NCBI RefSeq assembly: GCF_006345805.1
Contig: NC_043008.1
Location: 18,228,001 to 18,292,000, forward strand
Length of the DNA: 64,000 nucleotides
Direction of reading: 5' to 3'
DNA from: Octopus sinensis
Lineage: Eukaryota
In this document: positions 13,672 through 25,775 of the stretch, piece after piece
Position numbering within the stretch: position 1 is the first letter of the stretch
Layout of the letters: every line of letters begins with the position of its first letter
Translations under genes and position numbers: made by a program
Notes under the pieces: generated by a model
Seen by the model: the letters and a program-made list of their open reading frames with translations, nothing else
The model's database searches: none
What the model was told of the DNA's origin: nothing

Positions 13672-14094
13672 CAGACAGATAGGCAGACAGATAGAAGAAA
13701 AGATAGATGTGTGTGTATGTAAATATATATATATATATATATATCCATATCCGTGTGTATGTGTGTGTGCATGCGTGTGTGCGTGTATGCATTCGAGTGT
13801 GTGTGTGTGAGTGTAATCAATGTAAGCAAACCATTTTTTGACGAGATACATAGAGTTTCATTCAAAGATACACACATATATATATATTTGTTTGTATATA
13901 TAACAAACAACAACTTTATCGAAGTGCTCGGCAAAATATCCTTCGAGAAATTATTAAAATTTTACAGTTGAGCAGGAATATACGCATATTAATATGCATG
14001 AAATATTCAGAAATACCAAGTGGCAAATATTCCTGCTAATCAGTGGAAACCTTGCTTCATGAGAATCATATATATGTTTGTGCATGTTCGAATG

Positions 14095-14230
14095 TGTGTG
14101 TGTGGTAAGAGCTTTGGTCCCCAAACACAAGGATTTGATTTCCGTTCCATTACGTTGCGCCTTGGGCGAATGTATTCTATTGATCCAAGAAAGGTATGGA
14201 AAATGGATTTGGTTGACAGAACCTGAAAGA
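14095..14230 (+). mobile_element. Old SINE family A head fragment
   Basis: GTGTGGTAAGAG...GCCTTGGGCGAATG...GGATTTGGTTGACAGAACCTGAAAG. Confidence 0.5.
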
Positions 14231-14240
14231 TCATCATCAT

Positions 14241-14282
<42 letters not shown>

Positions 14283-14469
14283 GTCCTTTAATTTTTTCCC
14301 ATATTTTTCCAGAGCTACTAGATTTTTGCCTTTATATACATACATGGTGGCTGCCCCCTCTTTATCGAGTATGGACATTGCACGAAGCTTAATGTATGGT
14401 GTTATCGTGCAATGCCTGTGCAAGAAGATTTTTTTTAAGTGAGGAAAGGCTGTGTACTGAGTCAATCCC

Positions 14470-14770
14470 ACTCACTAAGCAACAGCAGCCATAATCCGAA
14501 AAGAAGAACAAGTCAACATCATGGGTAACCACTGAGCCGCAGGTTTTATGTCGGAGTTATCCAAGTTACCTCAGTTACCTTCTCCTAGAAGGATGCCCTA
14601 ACAAAGGCTTGGAGTTCTTCACTCCCAAAGGGCGGAGGAACTCTTGAGAGTCAACGGACATCCAATAAATGTCGTAAGGCTGTATCATGCGCGGGGACAT
14701 AGAAATAATCGGTCTGAATACACGATCACGCGGTTAAACCATATACATACATACATACATACATGCATAC
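14470..14770 (+). mobile_element. Unclassified retroelement 3' part with (CATA)n tail
   Basis: GC-richer island ending CACGCGGTTAAACCATA(TACA)n; family not determined. Confidence 0.3.
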
Positions 14771-15006
14771 ATATATATATATATATTAATCAATTTAGGG
14801 TAGCAAAAAATTCAGTAAAAATTTATCGCTACCAGCGGCCTAGTGGAAAAGAGAAAATAGTCAAAGACTAAATATATATAAATATAACAATTTAGGAATG
14901 GCCTAAACAGGCCATTCGTCCACCAGAAAGAGCAGCCAGAACTCCAACCGCCAAGTAGTGCAATTCGGAAATAAGGTGAAAATTTAAAAACGTTTACCCT
15001 AATTCA

Positions 15007-15106
15007 TCTTTTATACGATGCATCGTTTCGGTGTCTTTAATGATAGACCAGCTTAATTAAATTAATTAAGCTAGTCTACCATAGGTCACACTTCATCAGT
15101 AAAAGA
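15007..15106 (-). ncRNA. Type I hammerhead ribozyme (copy 1)
   Basis: Minus strand: UCUUUUA-CUGAUGA-long stem II-GAAA-CGAUGCAUCG-UA-UAAAAGA; 7-bp stem I; predicted cut after GUA (between 15014 and 15013). Confidence 0.85.
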
Positions 15107-15478
15107 AACCTGGGAGAGACGAATATACACGAGGCGACTGTATCAATGCCTCGGGAATATCTGTCTTAAAATTTTCAAGACCAACGCATTCGCGCCAAAC
15201 TTATCGGCAGCAAATATAACTGCCGATTCAATCTCAGAATTAGTCAGAAAATTATCAATTAATCAATTTAGGGTAGCAAAAAATTCAGTAAAAATTTATC
15301 GCTACCAGCGGCCTAGTGGAAAAGAGAAAATAGTCAAAGACTAAATATATATAATATAACAATTTAGGAATGGCCTAAACAGGCCATTCGTCCACCAGAA
15401 AGAGCAGCCAGAACTCCAACCGCCAAGTAGTGCAATTCGGAAATAAGGTGAAAATTTAAAAACGTTTACCCTAATTCA

Positions 15479-15579
15479 TCTTTTATACGATGCATCGTTT
15501 CGGTGTCTTTAATGATAGACCAGCTTAATTAAATTAAATTAAGCTAGTCTACCATAGGTCACACTTCATCAGTAAAAGA
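15479..15579 (-). ncRNA. Type I hammerhead ribozyme (copy 2)
   Basis: Same motif; predicted cut between 15486 and 15485, 472 nt from the copy 1 site. Confidence 0.85.
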
Positions 15580-15996
15580 AACCTGGGAGAGACGAATATA
15601 CACGAGGCGACTGTATCAATGCCTCGGGAATATCTGTCTTAAAATTTTCAAGACCAACGCATTCGCGCCAAACTTATCGGCAGCAAATATAAACTGCCGA
15701 TTCAATCTCAGAATTAGTCAGAAAATTATCAATTAATCAATTTAGGGTAGCAAAAAAGGCCGCTGTTATGTTAGTATTTGGATGCGCGTCAAATGCTGAT
15801 AACTAGACCGCTGGTAGCGATAAATTTTTACTAAATTGATTAATTGATAATTTTCTGACTAATTCTGAGATTGAATCGGCAGTTTATATTTGCTGCCGAT
15901 AAGTTTGGCGCGAATGCGTTGGTCTTGAAAATTTTAAGACAGATATTCCCGAGGCATTGATACAGTCGCCTCGTGTATATTCGTCTCTCCCAGGTT

Positions 15997-16096
15997 TCTT
16001 TTACTGATGAAGTGTGACCTATGGTAGACTAGCTTAATTTAATTTAATTAAGCTGGTCTATCATTAAGACACCGAAACGATGCATCGTATAAAAGA
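15997..16096 (+). ncRNA. Type I hammerhead ribozyme (copy 3)
   Basis: CTGATGA 16004-16010, GAAA 16074-16077, palindromic stem III, GTA ending at 16089, stem I TCTTTTA/TAAAAGA. Confidence 0.85.
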
Positions 16097-16220
16097 TGAA
16101 TTAGGGTAAACGTTTTTAATTTTCACCTTATTTCCGAATTGCACTTCTTGGCGGTTGGAGTTCTGGCTGCTCTTTCTGGTGGACGAATGGCCTGTTTAGG
16201 CCATTCCTAAATTGATTAAT

Positions 16221-16256
<36 letters not shown>

Positions 16257-16490
16257 AATTCTATATTTTTATGCAGCTGGAGATTGCCCTACATTTTAAA
16301 ATTGATGTAATATTTGCATTGTTCAATAAATGGAGTCGCATGAAATGATCGTACTGCATTACCTCTGGATATCCTTGCTGCTTATTTTGATTGTAATCAC
16401 ACCATTTTGAATTATATGGATAATAGCATACTAAATTCTGGTCCCTTTAACTTAAGTACCATATTCAACTAAATCTAAATTTTACTGATA

Positions 16491-16725
<235 letters not shown>

Positions 16726-16945
16726 TGATAGAAATGGTAAGACAACAAAAGAATGGAAGAGACCTTGATATTATGAAAATAGAGGAATTTATCTGTAAAT
16801 GTAATATGTGGCGATTATTCGGTAGCCATGATAAACTCTCAGTTTCGGATGTCGGTTCTAAAACCCACGCTGCCATCTCTTCAGTTATCGAGCCTGGCCG
16901 GATAACTACATATTGTTTGCCTACATCCAAAAAATTCATGAAATA
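16726..16945 (-). mobile_element. Probable PLE terminal (pLTR) fragment ending in (TA)n, carrying a hammerhead motif
   Basis: Hammerhead core at 16830-16889; pyrimidine-rich 3' end abutting (TA)n. PLE origin is inferred. Confidence 0.5.
16830..16889 (-). ncRNA. Type I hammerhead-like motif (second family)
   Basis: GAUA-A-CUGAAGA-GAUG...GGGUU/GAACC...CAUCC-GAAA-CUGAGAG-UU-UAUC; core intact, one extra nt in stem I and one in stem II. Confidence 0.6.
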
Positions 16946-17205
16946 AATGCATCATATCGAGCTGCAGAATTAATATTAGAAGTTATATTATTAAATGAAC
17001 ATATGTTAAATTAAATTCTAGTGATTTTTCTTTTTAAGATTGAACATAATTCTCTAAATATTAACATTAGTAAATATTTAATGAGTCCTTGCAAAATTTT
17101 CAGCAGCTACTGTTTACACAGTCTGTAATCTAATTACTACTATTTACGTAAAGATATATGTATGTATGTATGAATGTATGTATGTATGTATCTACATGTG
17201 CATTC

Positions 17206-17265
<60 letters not shown>

Positions 17266-17622
17266 TGTGTGTGTGTGTGTGCGTTTGTTTGTGTGCGTTT
17301 GTTTGTGTATGTTAGTATTTGGATGCGCGTCAAATGCTGATAACATTGGACAAATTTTTAAGAGTTTGTCTAGACATATACCTTCTAAACAAAATACTAT
17401 TGAATGAGTGAAGGTATTAATGATGGACTTAAGTCTAAGAACATAAGTATTTTCAAATAACTACAAATACACTTCTGTATACCATTTAGTTCGTTGCCAT
17501 TCAGACTGAAACATCACATAAAATATAAATATACATGAAACAGCATAATCACACATTACACGTTGCACACATGCACATACACACACAAGCTCACCCATAT
17601 ATATATATATATGTACATATGC

Positions 17623-17657
<35 letters not shown>

Positions 17658-17721
17658 CACATATGTTTATGTGTATATATATATATATATATGTGTGTGT
17701 GTGCGTGTGTGTGTGTGTGTG

Positions 17722-17760
<39 letters not shown>

Positions 17761-19103
17761 CACAGATATATACATATATATTTGTGTGTGTGCATATATA
17801 TATATTTCTTAATATATATGAATGCGTTAGTGTTTAAAAATACATATCAAAACAAATTTATTATATCATAAACGATATTAAGTATGATACAATTATTATA
17901 TGAAAATATAATATATATATGAATATATATGGAACACAATGGAATGAAAATGTCATACAACACAATGGAATGACAGAAAAAATCGTAAGTGCTCAAAACA
18001 TATTAAAAAATATATAAGTTTATGTATATTTTTCTAATAAAAACCATTAAATAAATATTCACTGAGATATAAAAACAATAATGCATTTAACAGCATACAC
18101 TATGACACAATCATATGAGTTTGTGTGTGATTAAAAAAACAGAGAGAGAGAGAGAGAGAGAGACTGACAGGAAAATAGAAACATTCTCAGCGTGGATATA
18201 TATTTATATACACACTCAGGTACCTACACACATACATATATGTGTGTATTTGTATATGTTTTTATATTATACTTCCATAATACATATATATATATATATA
18301 TAATATATATATGTGTGTGTGTATAAGTATATATATATATATATGGAGATATGCAAATATTTAGTGGTTAGATGAAAAGCTCCATGTTTTTTAATCGATT
18401 CAGATGACAATAATGCTTCAGAGTAAATCTGTTACCTATAATCCAATTTACCTCATCCAGATTTTTATATATATATATATTTGTTCGTATTACCAATAAC
18501 GCAGTACGCGTATTAATTCTTAAACGTCTAGTCCTGCTCTACTAACCATCATTTACATACTTAGCTCTGAGTCATCGATTTTTTTCTTTTGCTGGCTATT
18601 GTGAAACTGTACAGGTTTAGATTCATTTATTGTAGAAATGTATTGGTAAGAGCAAAGACTTGTATCTATAAACGAGGCGAAAGATGTGTCAACTCAGTAT
18701 TCCAGTTTTTTGAATTGAGATTTGTGAAGCAAACTTTCTTGAACCGAAATATTAAACAAGTAAACAAACTCTGTTCACCTGCATATGTACTCTAATTTAT
18801 GAGATTTTCTGCGAGACGCAAAATATAGTTTAGGTGGTAATAGGTAATTTTAGATGAATTAATGTGAAGCAGTTATAAGACTTCGTTGTAAAGTATACTA
18901 AGATTTTCTGCGGTACACGCCTGCTTTATGCGGGAAGAGGATATACTCAATACCCTTGAACATGGTATATTATTGGGTTATGTATCTTCTTAAACCTACT
19001 TCATATATTTGCCAATTATAACCTAATATTCCATTCGCAGTTTAAAGCTGATCCCTGTGAAGAATGTATTTGAAACAGAAAACAGAAACATTCTTTTAAT
19101 ATA

Positions 19104-19704
19104 TATTTCTTTACTACACACAAGGGGCTAAACACAGAGGGGACAAACAAGGACAGACGAACTGATTAAGTCAATTACATCGACCCCAGTGCGTAACTGG
19201 TACTTAATTTATCGACCTCGAAAGGATGAAAAGCAAAGTCGACCTCGGCGGAATTTGAACTCAGAACGTAACGGCAGACGAAATACCTATTTCTTTACTA
19301 CCCACAAGGGGCTAAACACAGTGGGGGGACAAACAAGGACAGACAAACGGATTATGTCGATTACAACGACCTCAGTGCGTAACTGGTACTTATTTAATCG
19401 ACCCCGAAAGGATGAAAGGCAAAGTCGACCCTAGCGGAATTTGAACTCAGAACGTAACGGCAGACGAAATACCTATTTCTTTACTACCCACAAGGGGCTA
19501 AACACAGAGGGGACAAACAAGGATAGACAAAGGGATTAAGTCGATTACATCGACCCCAGTGCGTAACTGGTACTTAATTTATCGACCCCGAAAGGATGAA
19601 AGGCAAAGTCGACCTCGGCGGAATTTGAACCCAGAACGTAACGGCAGGCGAAATAGGGCTACGGATTTCGCCAGGCGTGCTAGCGTTTCTGCCAGCTCGC
19701 CGCC
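19104..19704 (-). mobile_element. SINE family B trimer (head plus three ~185-bp bodies)
   Basis: Tail motif at 19107, 19291 and 19477; 18-nt TSD with 1 mismatch at 19086-19103 and 19705-19722. Confidence 0.9.
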
Positions 19705-22034
19705 AAACATTCGTTTAATATAATGTTGCTCTTACTTTGACCACGTTAAAAGCTTATATTATTAAGTATTTGTGTATTGGTTTAATACTATTAAGATGTG
19801 TTGTTCATTTCTGGCATAGAAGCAATTTAACTCATCTTCATTATCTGATGTGACGAATCCAGGGTGGCCGAAGTCAACTTTACGTTTGCTTGATATCGAA
19901 ATCAGAAAGTAAACTATTGCAACTCGATACCATACTGTACTTTCTTGAATGTCCTAATGTTTCTGTCAAGCGCTACTCTCCAGCAAATAAAATATTGGAT
20001 CATATTTGATTGGTACTACACTGCTGGAAGTCAACAAAGGAATATGGTGTTTAAATGGCAAAGGTAAAGAATTACATAAAAATCCTAGGCACACCAGTTT
20101 TCATAGATGGTTCTTTAGCCAATTTTCAATGAGATATACCTCAATACAAATCAGAAGACATTTTAGAAAAACGTTTAACCTTTCCGATGTGTTTCGATTT
20201 TACGACATTTTCCCTGCATGCGCGTATTACGAGTAGAAATTCCAATACAAGGACGGGGTTGGAGTGAGTATTACTTATTCTTAGTTAAGGAATTTCAAAA
20301 CCCCTCGCTAAATTATAAAATTGCCGAAGGCAAGACATTCTAACAATACATGCTGATTACCATATACGTGTCCTTGTGTGAAGATTAGTCGTGTTCAAAA
20401 ACGGAATGCATATTGCATGAATCAAAGCTGTCAATTTGATAAATGGAGAGTTGAAGTAATTCTCGCTTACTTCTTGACTAGAAGAATTATATGAAAGTCA
20501 GCATTGAAGCAAGCGGTGACTAGAAATGGTAATTTTTCGCTGACGTTGACAACATAAGATATAATTCCCTAGAAATTTTATCTTTTGGTCTTGTAGGAAA
20601 TGGTTTCTGATAGCTTTAGTGAATGAAAGGGACTACAATTACGATTGTGAGTGAATAAATGTTGAGAAAGTTTGTTGAATAGATTAATGCTGTTGGGACC
20701 ATTCATTGAACTAAATTGAATAGAAATTATTAATAATTATCATAAATATTGATTTGTTCATAATAAACGCAATCTCATATATTTGTTAGCGATATTGTTC
20801 AGTTTTAATTCGACCCTAGTATATAAAAGGGAGTTATTTGAATCAATGGCGAGAATAAAAGATGAAACAGAACCGTGAATTTATTTCTCAGTTGATTAAT
20901 ATGAAAAGAATGTTTATAGACTTCTTACCCAGCATGGGTATATTTTGGGAAATACTTCTGAAACACAAGATGTTGCAGTATGTATTTATGCATTTCAAAG
21001 TTATTTAGATATGCAAACAGCAATAACAATTTCTAAATGATTAAATAACTACTATACATGAAGATGCAATGAATATTATCAATACGATCTAATGCTATTG
21101 TATAGTTTTTCGATTCCGGGGAGCAGAATCAAAAGGGAACACCATGCGTATAGCTTTGTGCGTGAGGCATATACAATTGAGATGTATTATCAGATTATTG
21201 AGACTACACAGGGAACTATTCGTTGGATTATTTAACATATGATATCGACACCACAGCGAGTAAACGTAAACGATTTTTGCCCGGCAACTGTATATCTTTG
21301 CTAGGTTTGACGAATCAAGACCGTAGCTGTTGATTTCCAGCATTAACCATAAGAGATTAATTGGTTTTAGATTAATCGGTCCGGTATTATGCTGTTCCTG
21401 GCATATGAATAAACTTTAAATTAAAACATTATTCATCGTAATCTCTAATGCAGAATTAAATTATGGTTCAGCTTAATATATGCTTAATACAATGGTTGAT
21501 GCCTATCGAATTTTACGAAAACTGAGAGTTAATATATCTTTATTATAGCCTATGATACTGTTTTCTTTGTCACAAGTTTAATGCGGAGTAATTTAAACGA
21601 CCATATTACAGTTAGATACGTAATCAATAGTGTATCACAATGTCCAATGAGATGATAATAGGAAATTATTACACATCTATTACAAGTCTATATATGAAGT
21701 ATACTAGCAAGAGCGTAGCCCCCTGAAAAGGCTTTTATAATGGTCACTCTTATAAGGATATGGGTTATATATTAATATGTGTGTGTGAGTGTGTGTATAT
21801 ATACATATATGTATGCATATACAAACACATGCACACACAAACACACGCATACAAATATATACGTATGTATATATACAGAGAGCGAGACATATATTTACAC
21901 ACCTATGTTTCTGTGTGTGTATCTATGCAAGTTTGTATGTATGTATGTATACCTCCAAGTATGCATGTATGTGTATATGTATGAATGTATGTACGCATGT
22001 ATGTATATATGTGTGTGTGAATGTATGTATGTAA

Positions 22035-22230
22035 AATATCAGTGAATCACCATATCGCCAAGCCTATCAGGTTCCCTTTTGTATCGCTTGCTGCAACACA
22101 GCTCTGTTCTTCCATCGCCATTCCCATGACTGCGGCCTTCTCTTCCATTTGGGTCCGGACATTTTGCTTCCCTATCTGACATTAGTGCCTCATATTGCGG
22201 CAACAGTGGCAGTAAATGTCCTGTGGGCAT
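22035..22230 (-). mobile_element. Possible LINE 3' fragment
   Basis: GC-richer island with a 63-aa ORF loosely resembling an RTE C-terminus; weak. Confidence 0.25.
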
Positions 22231-22799
22231 ACGTTTGATTTAACTAACCTACAAAAGTATATGACCAATGAGAAGCTTGTAAAGAAGACCATATAGTTTT
22301 ATTCACTGATCTTGGAACATAGGTTCTCATTCAGAGTGTTTAAGATATACTCATATCATCATTGGTTAATTCCTATCTGTTTGGGGGCAAAACATGTTTT
22401 TATTTTAATGTTCTGTCATAATTATTTTCCTTAACATCTGTTCTGTTCGTCTGTTCCAGCAGAAATCTATATTATCATCTTTTATTTCAATTATCTTGGA
22501 AGTTTGAGGAACCAGGGTAAATTTCCATCCTTTAATAAGTGTATGTGTGTGTGCGCGTGTGTGTGTGTATGTGTGCGTGCATGCGTGTGTCTGTGTGCAC
22601 ACAAGGTATGTTCCAGGTGATTAGACACCTCATTTGAGAGAGGTAGTCATAACTGCCGTAGATTACTGTAATTATAGTATATCATTAAGATGACCTGCCA
22701 CCTATTGTTATTGTGGATGGGAGGAGACGGCTTCAACAGTACTCCGAAAGCATCCTATTAAACATTGCTTTCTATAAGTGAGTACGTTACAAAATACAA

Positions 22800-23410
22800 T
22801 CGAGACGTGGAAGCTATTTGGAACCTCGTCATGCAAGTAAGTTTTGTATTAAACTGGGCAAAAACACAATTGAAACTTATGAAATACTCAAAACTGCTTA
22901 TATGAGCCCAACATCTATCTTATTTGTTGGCACGAGAGGCCGGGCAAATCAAGTGTACCAGGAAGCTCATGATGCTCCCCTATTCTCATCTTTATCTGGG
23001 TTCCCCTTGTCAGAAGGTCGAATATGGGTACTTTGTGGACGTTTCCACGAAGTTCTGGAGGAGATACGTCACAAACGGCCAGAGCCTCTGGATCAGAACA
23101 ACGTGCCTGTTAACAATTCCATCCTGGTAACCAACTGCATGACAGAGTTGGGCATCGACACTGTCCCCTACCCTTCCCGCAGTCCAGACATTTCTCCCTG
23201 TGACCTTTTTCTATTTCCCAGGAGATGTAACAGGGATCCTGGAGACCTTAACTTTGGAGAGCAACCAAGGGGCTTTCACAAAATGGTTGGAACACTACAA
23301 TTGCACTAAATCAGATTACTCTACTCAGAGATTAGAGTTTTGTACATCATTAAAATCAATAAATGCCTCTCCTAAAAAAGTTTCAAACCTTCTGGAATGC
23401 TCCTTGTATA
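22800..23410 (+). pseudogene. Internally deleted mariner transposase relic
   Basis: N-terminal EPRHASKFCIKLGKNTIETYEILKTAY and VPYPSRSPDISPCDLFLFPR (YSPDLAPCDF.LF motif). Confidence 0.8.
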
Positions 23411-23604
23411 TAGATATGCACCTGCCCATATATACGAACATGTGTCTACATACCCGTTACACATACATATGTTAAAAATAGCAAAGATAGTATATACATA
23501 GTGTTAAATATCCACTTAGACACATATCTTTACAAGCGAATACCATCGTATGATATTAAATGAAATGTATGATATGAAATATATAAGTTGTTTTCTAATA
23601 TTGG

Positions 23605-24197
23605 CACAAAGCCCGAAATTTGGGGTGGGGCACTCGATTACATGGACCCCAGTGCGCAACTGGTACTTAATTTATCAACTCCGAAAGGAAGAAAGGCAAA
23701 CTCGACCTCGGGGGAATTGGAACTCAGAACGTAGAAAGAGACGAAATATAGCTAAGCATTTCGCCCAGCGAGCTAACGTTTCTTATTTCTTTACTGCCCA
23801 CAAGGGGCTACACACAGAGGGGACAAGCAAAGACAGACAAACGGATTAAGTCTATTATATCGACCCCAGTGCGTAACTAGGACTTATTCAATCGGCCTCG
23901 AAAGGATGAAAGCCAAAGTCGACCTCGGTGGAATTTGAACTCAGAACGTAATGGCATACGAAATATTTCTTTACTATCTACAAGGGGCTACACACGGAGG
24001 GGACGAACAAGGACAGACAAGCGGATTAAGTCGATTATATCGACCCCAGTGCGTAACTGGTACTTATTTAATCAACCCCGAACGGATAAAAGGCAAAGTC
24101 GACCTCGGCGGAATTTGAACTCAGTACGTAACGGCAGACGAAATACAGCTAATCATTTCGCACAGCATGCTAATGTTTCTGCCAGCTCGCCGCCTTG
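23605..24197 (-). mobile_element. SINE family B mixed multimer
   Basis: Three central domains, two tail types, head ending at ~24197. Confidence 0.8.
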
Positions 24198-24474
24198 TCA
24201 AGTGTAGATATATATTAACACACATAATCATGCATACATGTACGCTGGAAGTTAATTAAATGTAATGGCAGAAATAAGAAATCGTGCGACAAAGAAACTG
24301 AAATGAGACAGGTGAACTAACTTACATGCATAGTTATAGACGCATTAATTCATACGCACAAAAAGCACATATGTGCACATACACACACGTGTAAGATCGT
24401 TGGGCAGAGAGAAAAACAAAAGATAAAAACATGAAGTAAGAGTTAGGATATAGCATGACATTGACAGGAATTGG

Positions 24475-24622
24475 AATGTAACCGATGTAATAAGTTAGCT
24501 GTCAGGAGTTAAAGGTATTGGAAATGTACTAATCTCTACCTGATGACCGCATTACTACGTTGTAGTAATATGGAAGGAATAATGGAAAAAATCAGTGTTT
24601 TGTATATTCGTTTATACAATTT
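24475..24622 (+). repeat. 148-bp inverted repeat, left copy
   Basis: Reverse complement of 28444-28591 with 5 mismatches. Confidence 0.9.
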
Positions 24623-24661
24623 GGTTCAAAGTCTACTAGCGAAAATCATAATCACACTAAA

Positions 24662-25010
24662 ATAATGGTTTCAAATTTTGCCACGAGAGCAGCAATTTTT
24701 CGGGGAGGAGGATAGTCGGTTACATCGAACCCAGTACGTAACTGGTACTTAATTAATCGACCCCGAAAGTATGAAAGCCGAGGTCGACCTCAGCGATATC
24801 TCAACTCAGAACGTAGCAGCAGACGAAATGCAACTAATCATTTGGGCGTGCTAACGAGTCTCCCAGCTCGCCGTTTTAATCACACTAAATGATCTTTATC
24901 TTTTCTACATTAGGCACAAGACCAGTCGATTAGATCAACCCCAGTACGCAACTGATACTTAATTTCTCAACACCGAAGGGATGAAAGGCAAAGTCGATCT
25001 CGGTGGAACA
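24662..25010 (-). mobile_element. Older SINE family B copies (alternative tail)
   Basis: GTCGACCTC/CGACCCCGAAAG domain at ~24760 and ~24980. Confidence 0.65.
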
Positions 25011-25075
25011 TAACATTAAATAATGTTAAACAGATAAAGCACGGACTAGAGGATGAAGGTAAAGTCCACTAGTAA

Positions 25076-25340
25076 ATGTTCAGTAAGTACAAGTGAAAGG
25101 TAGGAGATTCCAGTTTGCTGGACATTGTTGTAGAGCTGAAAAAGAAGTAATTTCTACTCTTCTCCTCTGGAAGCCATCTACTCGCAATACCAGAGGGCGC
25201 ACACTCTCCTACCCTGATGTAATCTTCAGGGATACAGGCATCCAGCAACAGGACCTCCGTAATGCCATGATGGACCGTGAAGTCTGGCGTAGCATGGTAA
25301 ATTCCATTGTCTCGACCACGGTCGAACAATGATGATGACA
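25076..25340 (+). mobile_element. RTE-type LINE 3' end
   Basis: ORF ...FAGHCCRAEKEVISTLLLWKP..RGR..SYPDVIFRDTG..AMMDREVWR followed by a (TGA)n tail. Confidence 0.75.
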
Positions 25341-25479
25341 AGTAAATAGGAAACGGGTTTGTGGCGGAAGATGTGGCGTAATCTGTATTTATACTTCTGC
25401 TACTGAGCTATCTACCAAAGGAAACTGAAGTTCTTTAATAAGTTTCATTAGCTACAAATGAGAAGGCTTTAACAAATAA

Positions 25480-25775
25480 TATTCTTTTCTACTCTAGGCA
25501 CAAAGCCCGGAACTTTTGGGGAATGTGCCAGTCGATGAGATCGACTCCGGTATGCAACTGGTACTTAATTTATCGACCCCGAACGGCAAAGTCGACCTCG
25601 GCGGAATTTGAACTCCGAACGTAAAGAGAGACGAAATAGAGCAAAAGAGACCGATAGAACAAGGCTTTACTAGGCTTTACAAGGAATAGGTTCTTCGGTT
25701 GATTTGCTCGACTAAAGGCTGTGCTCCAGCATGGCCACAGTCAAATGACTGAAGCAAGTAAAAGAGAATAGAGTA
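25480..25775. mobile_element. Fused SINE B fragment (minus) and SINE A tail (plus)
   Basis: Family B domain at 25540-25625; family A 3' end at 25640-25775. Confidence 0.6.

Larger units (their letters stand above)
14785..16220. mobile_element. Retrozyme-like array: ~472-474-nt non-coding unit, about 2 tandem copies (hammerhead on minus) plus 1 inverted copy (hammerhead on plus)
   Basis: CAATTTAGGGTAGC recurs at 14791, 15264 and 15738; 15802-16220 is the reverse complement; copies differ mainly by single-base indels in A/T runs; each carries a hammerhead; (TA)n flanks; no ORF. Confidence 0.85.

Noticed and set aside
19104-19704. CRISPR-like or satellite periodicity
   Set aside because: ~185-bp SINE units without unique spacers, in a eukaryotic context with no cas genes.
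24540-24580. CTGATGA followed by a perfect hairpin as a hammerhead
   Set aside because: GAAG instead of GAAA in both copies, and no stem I or III.
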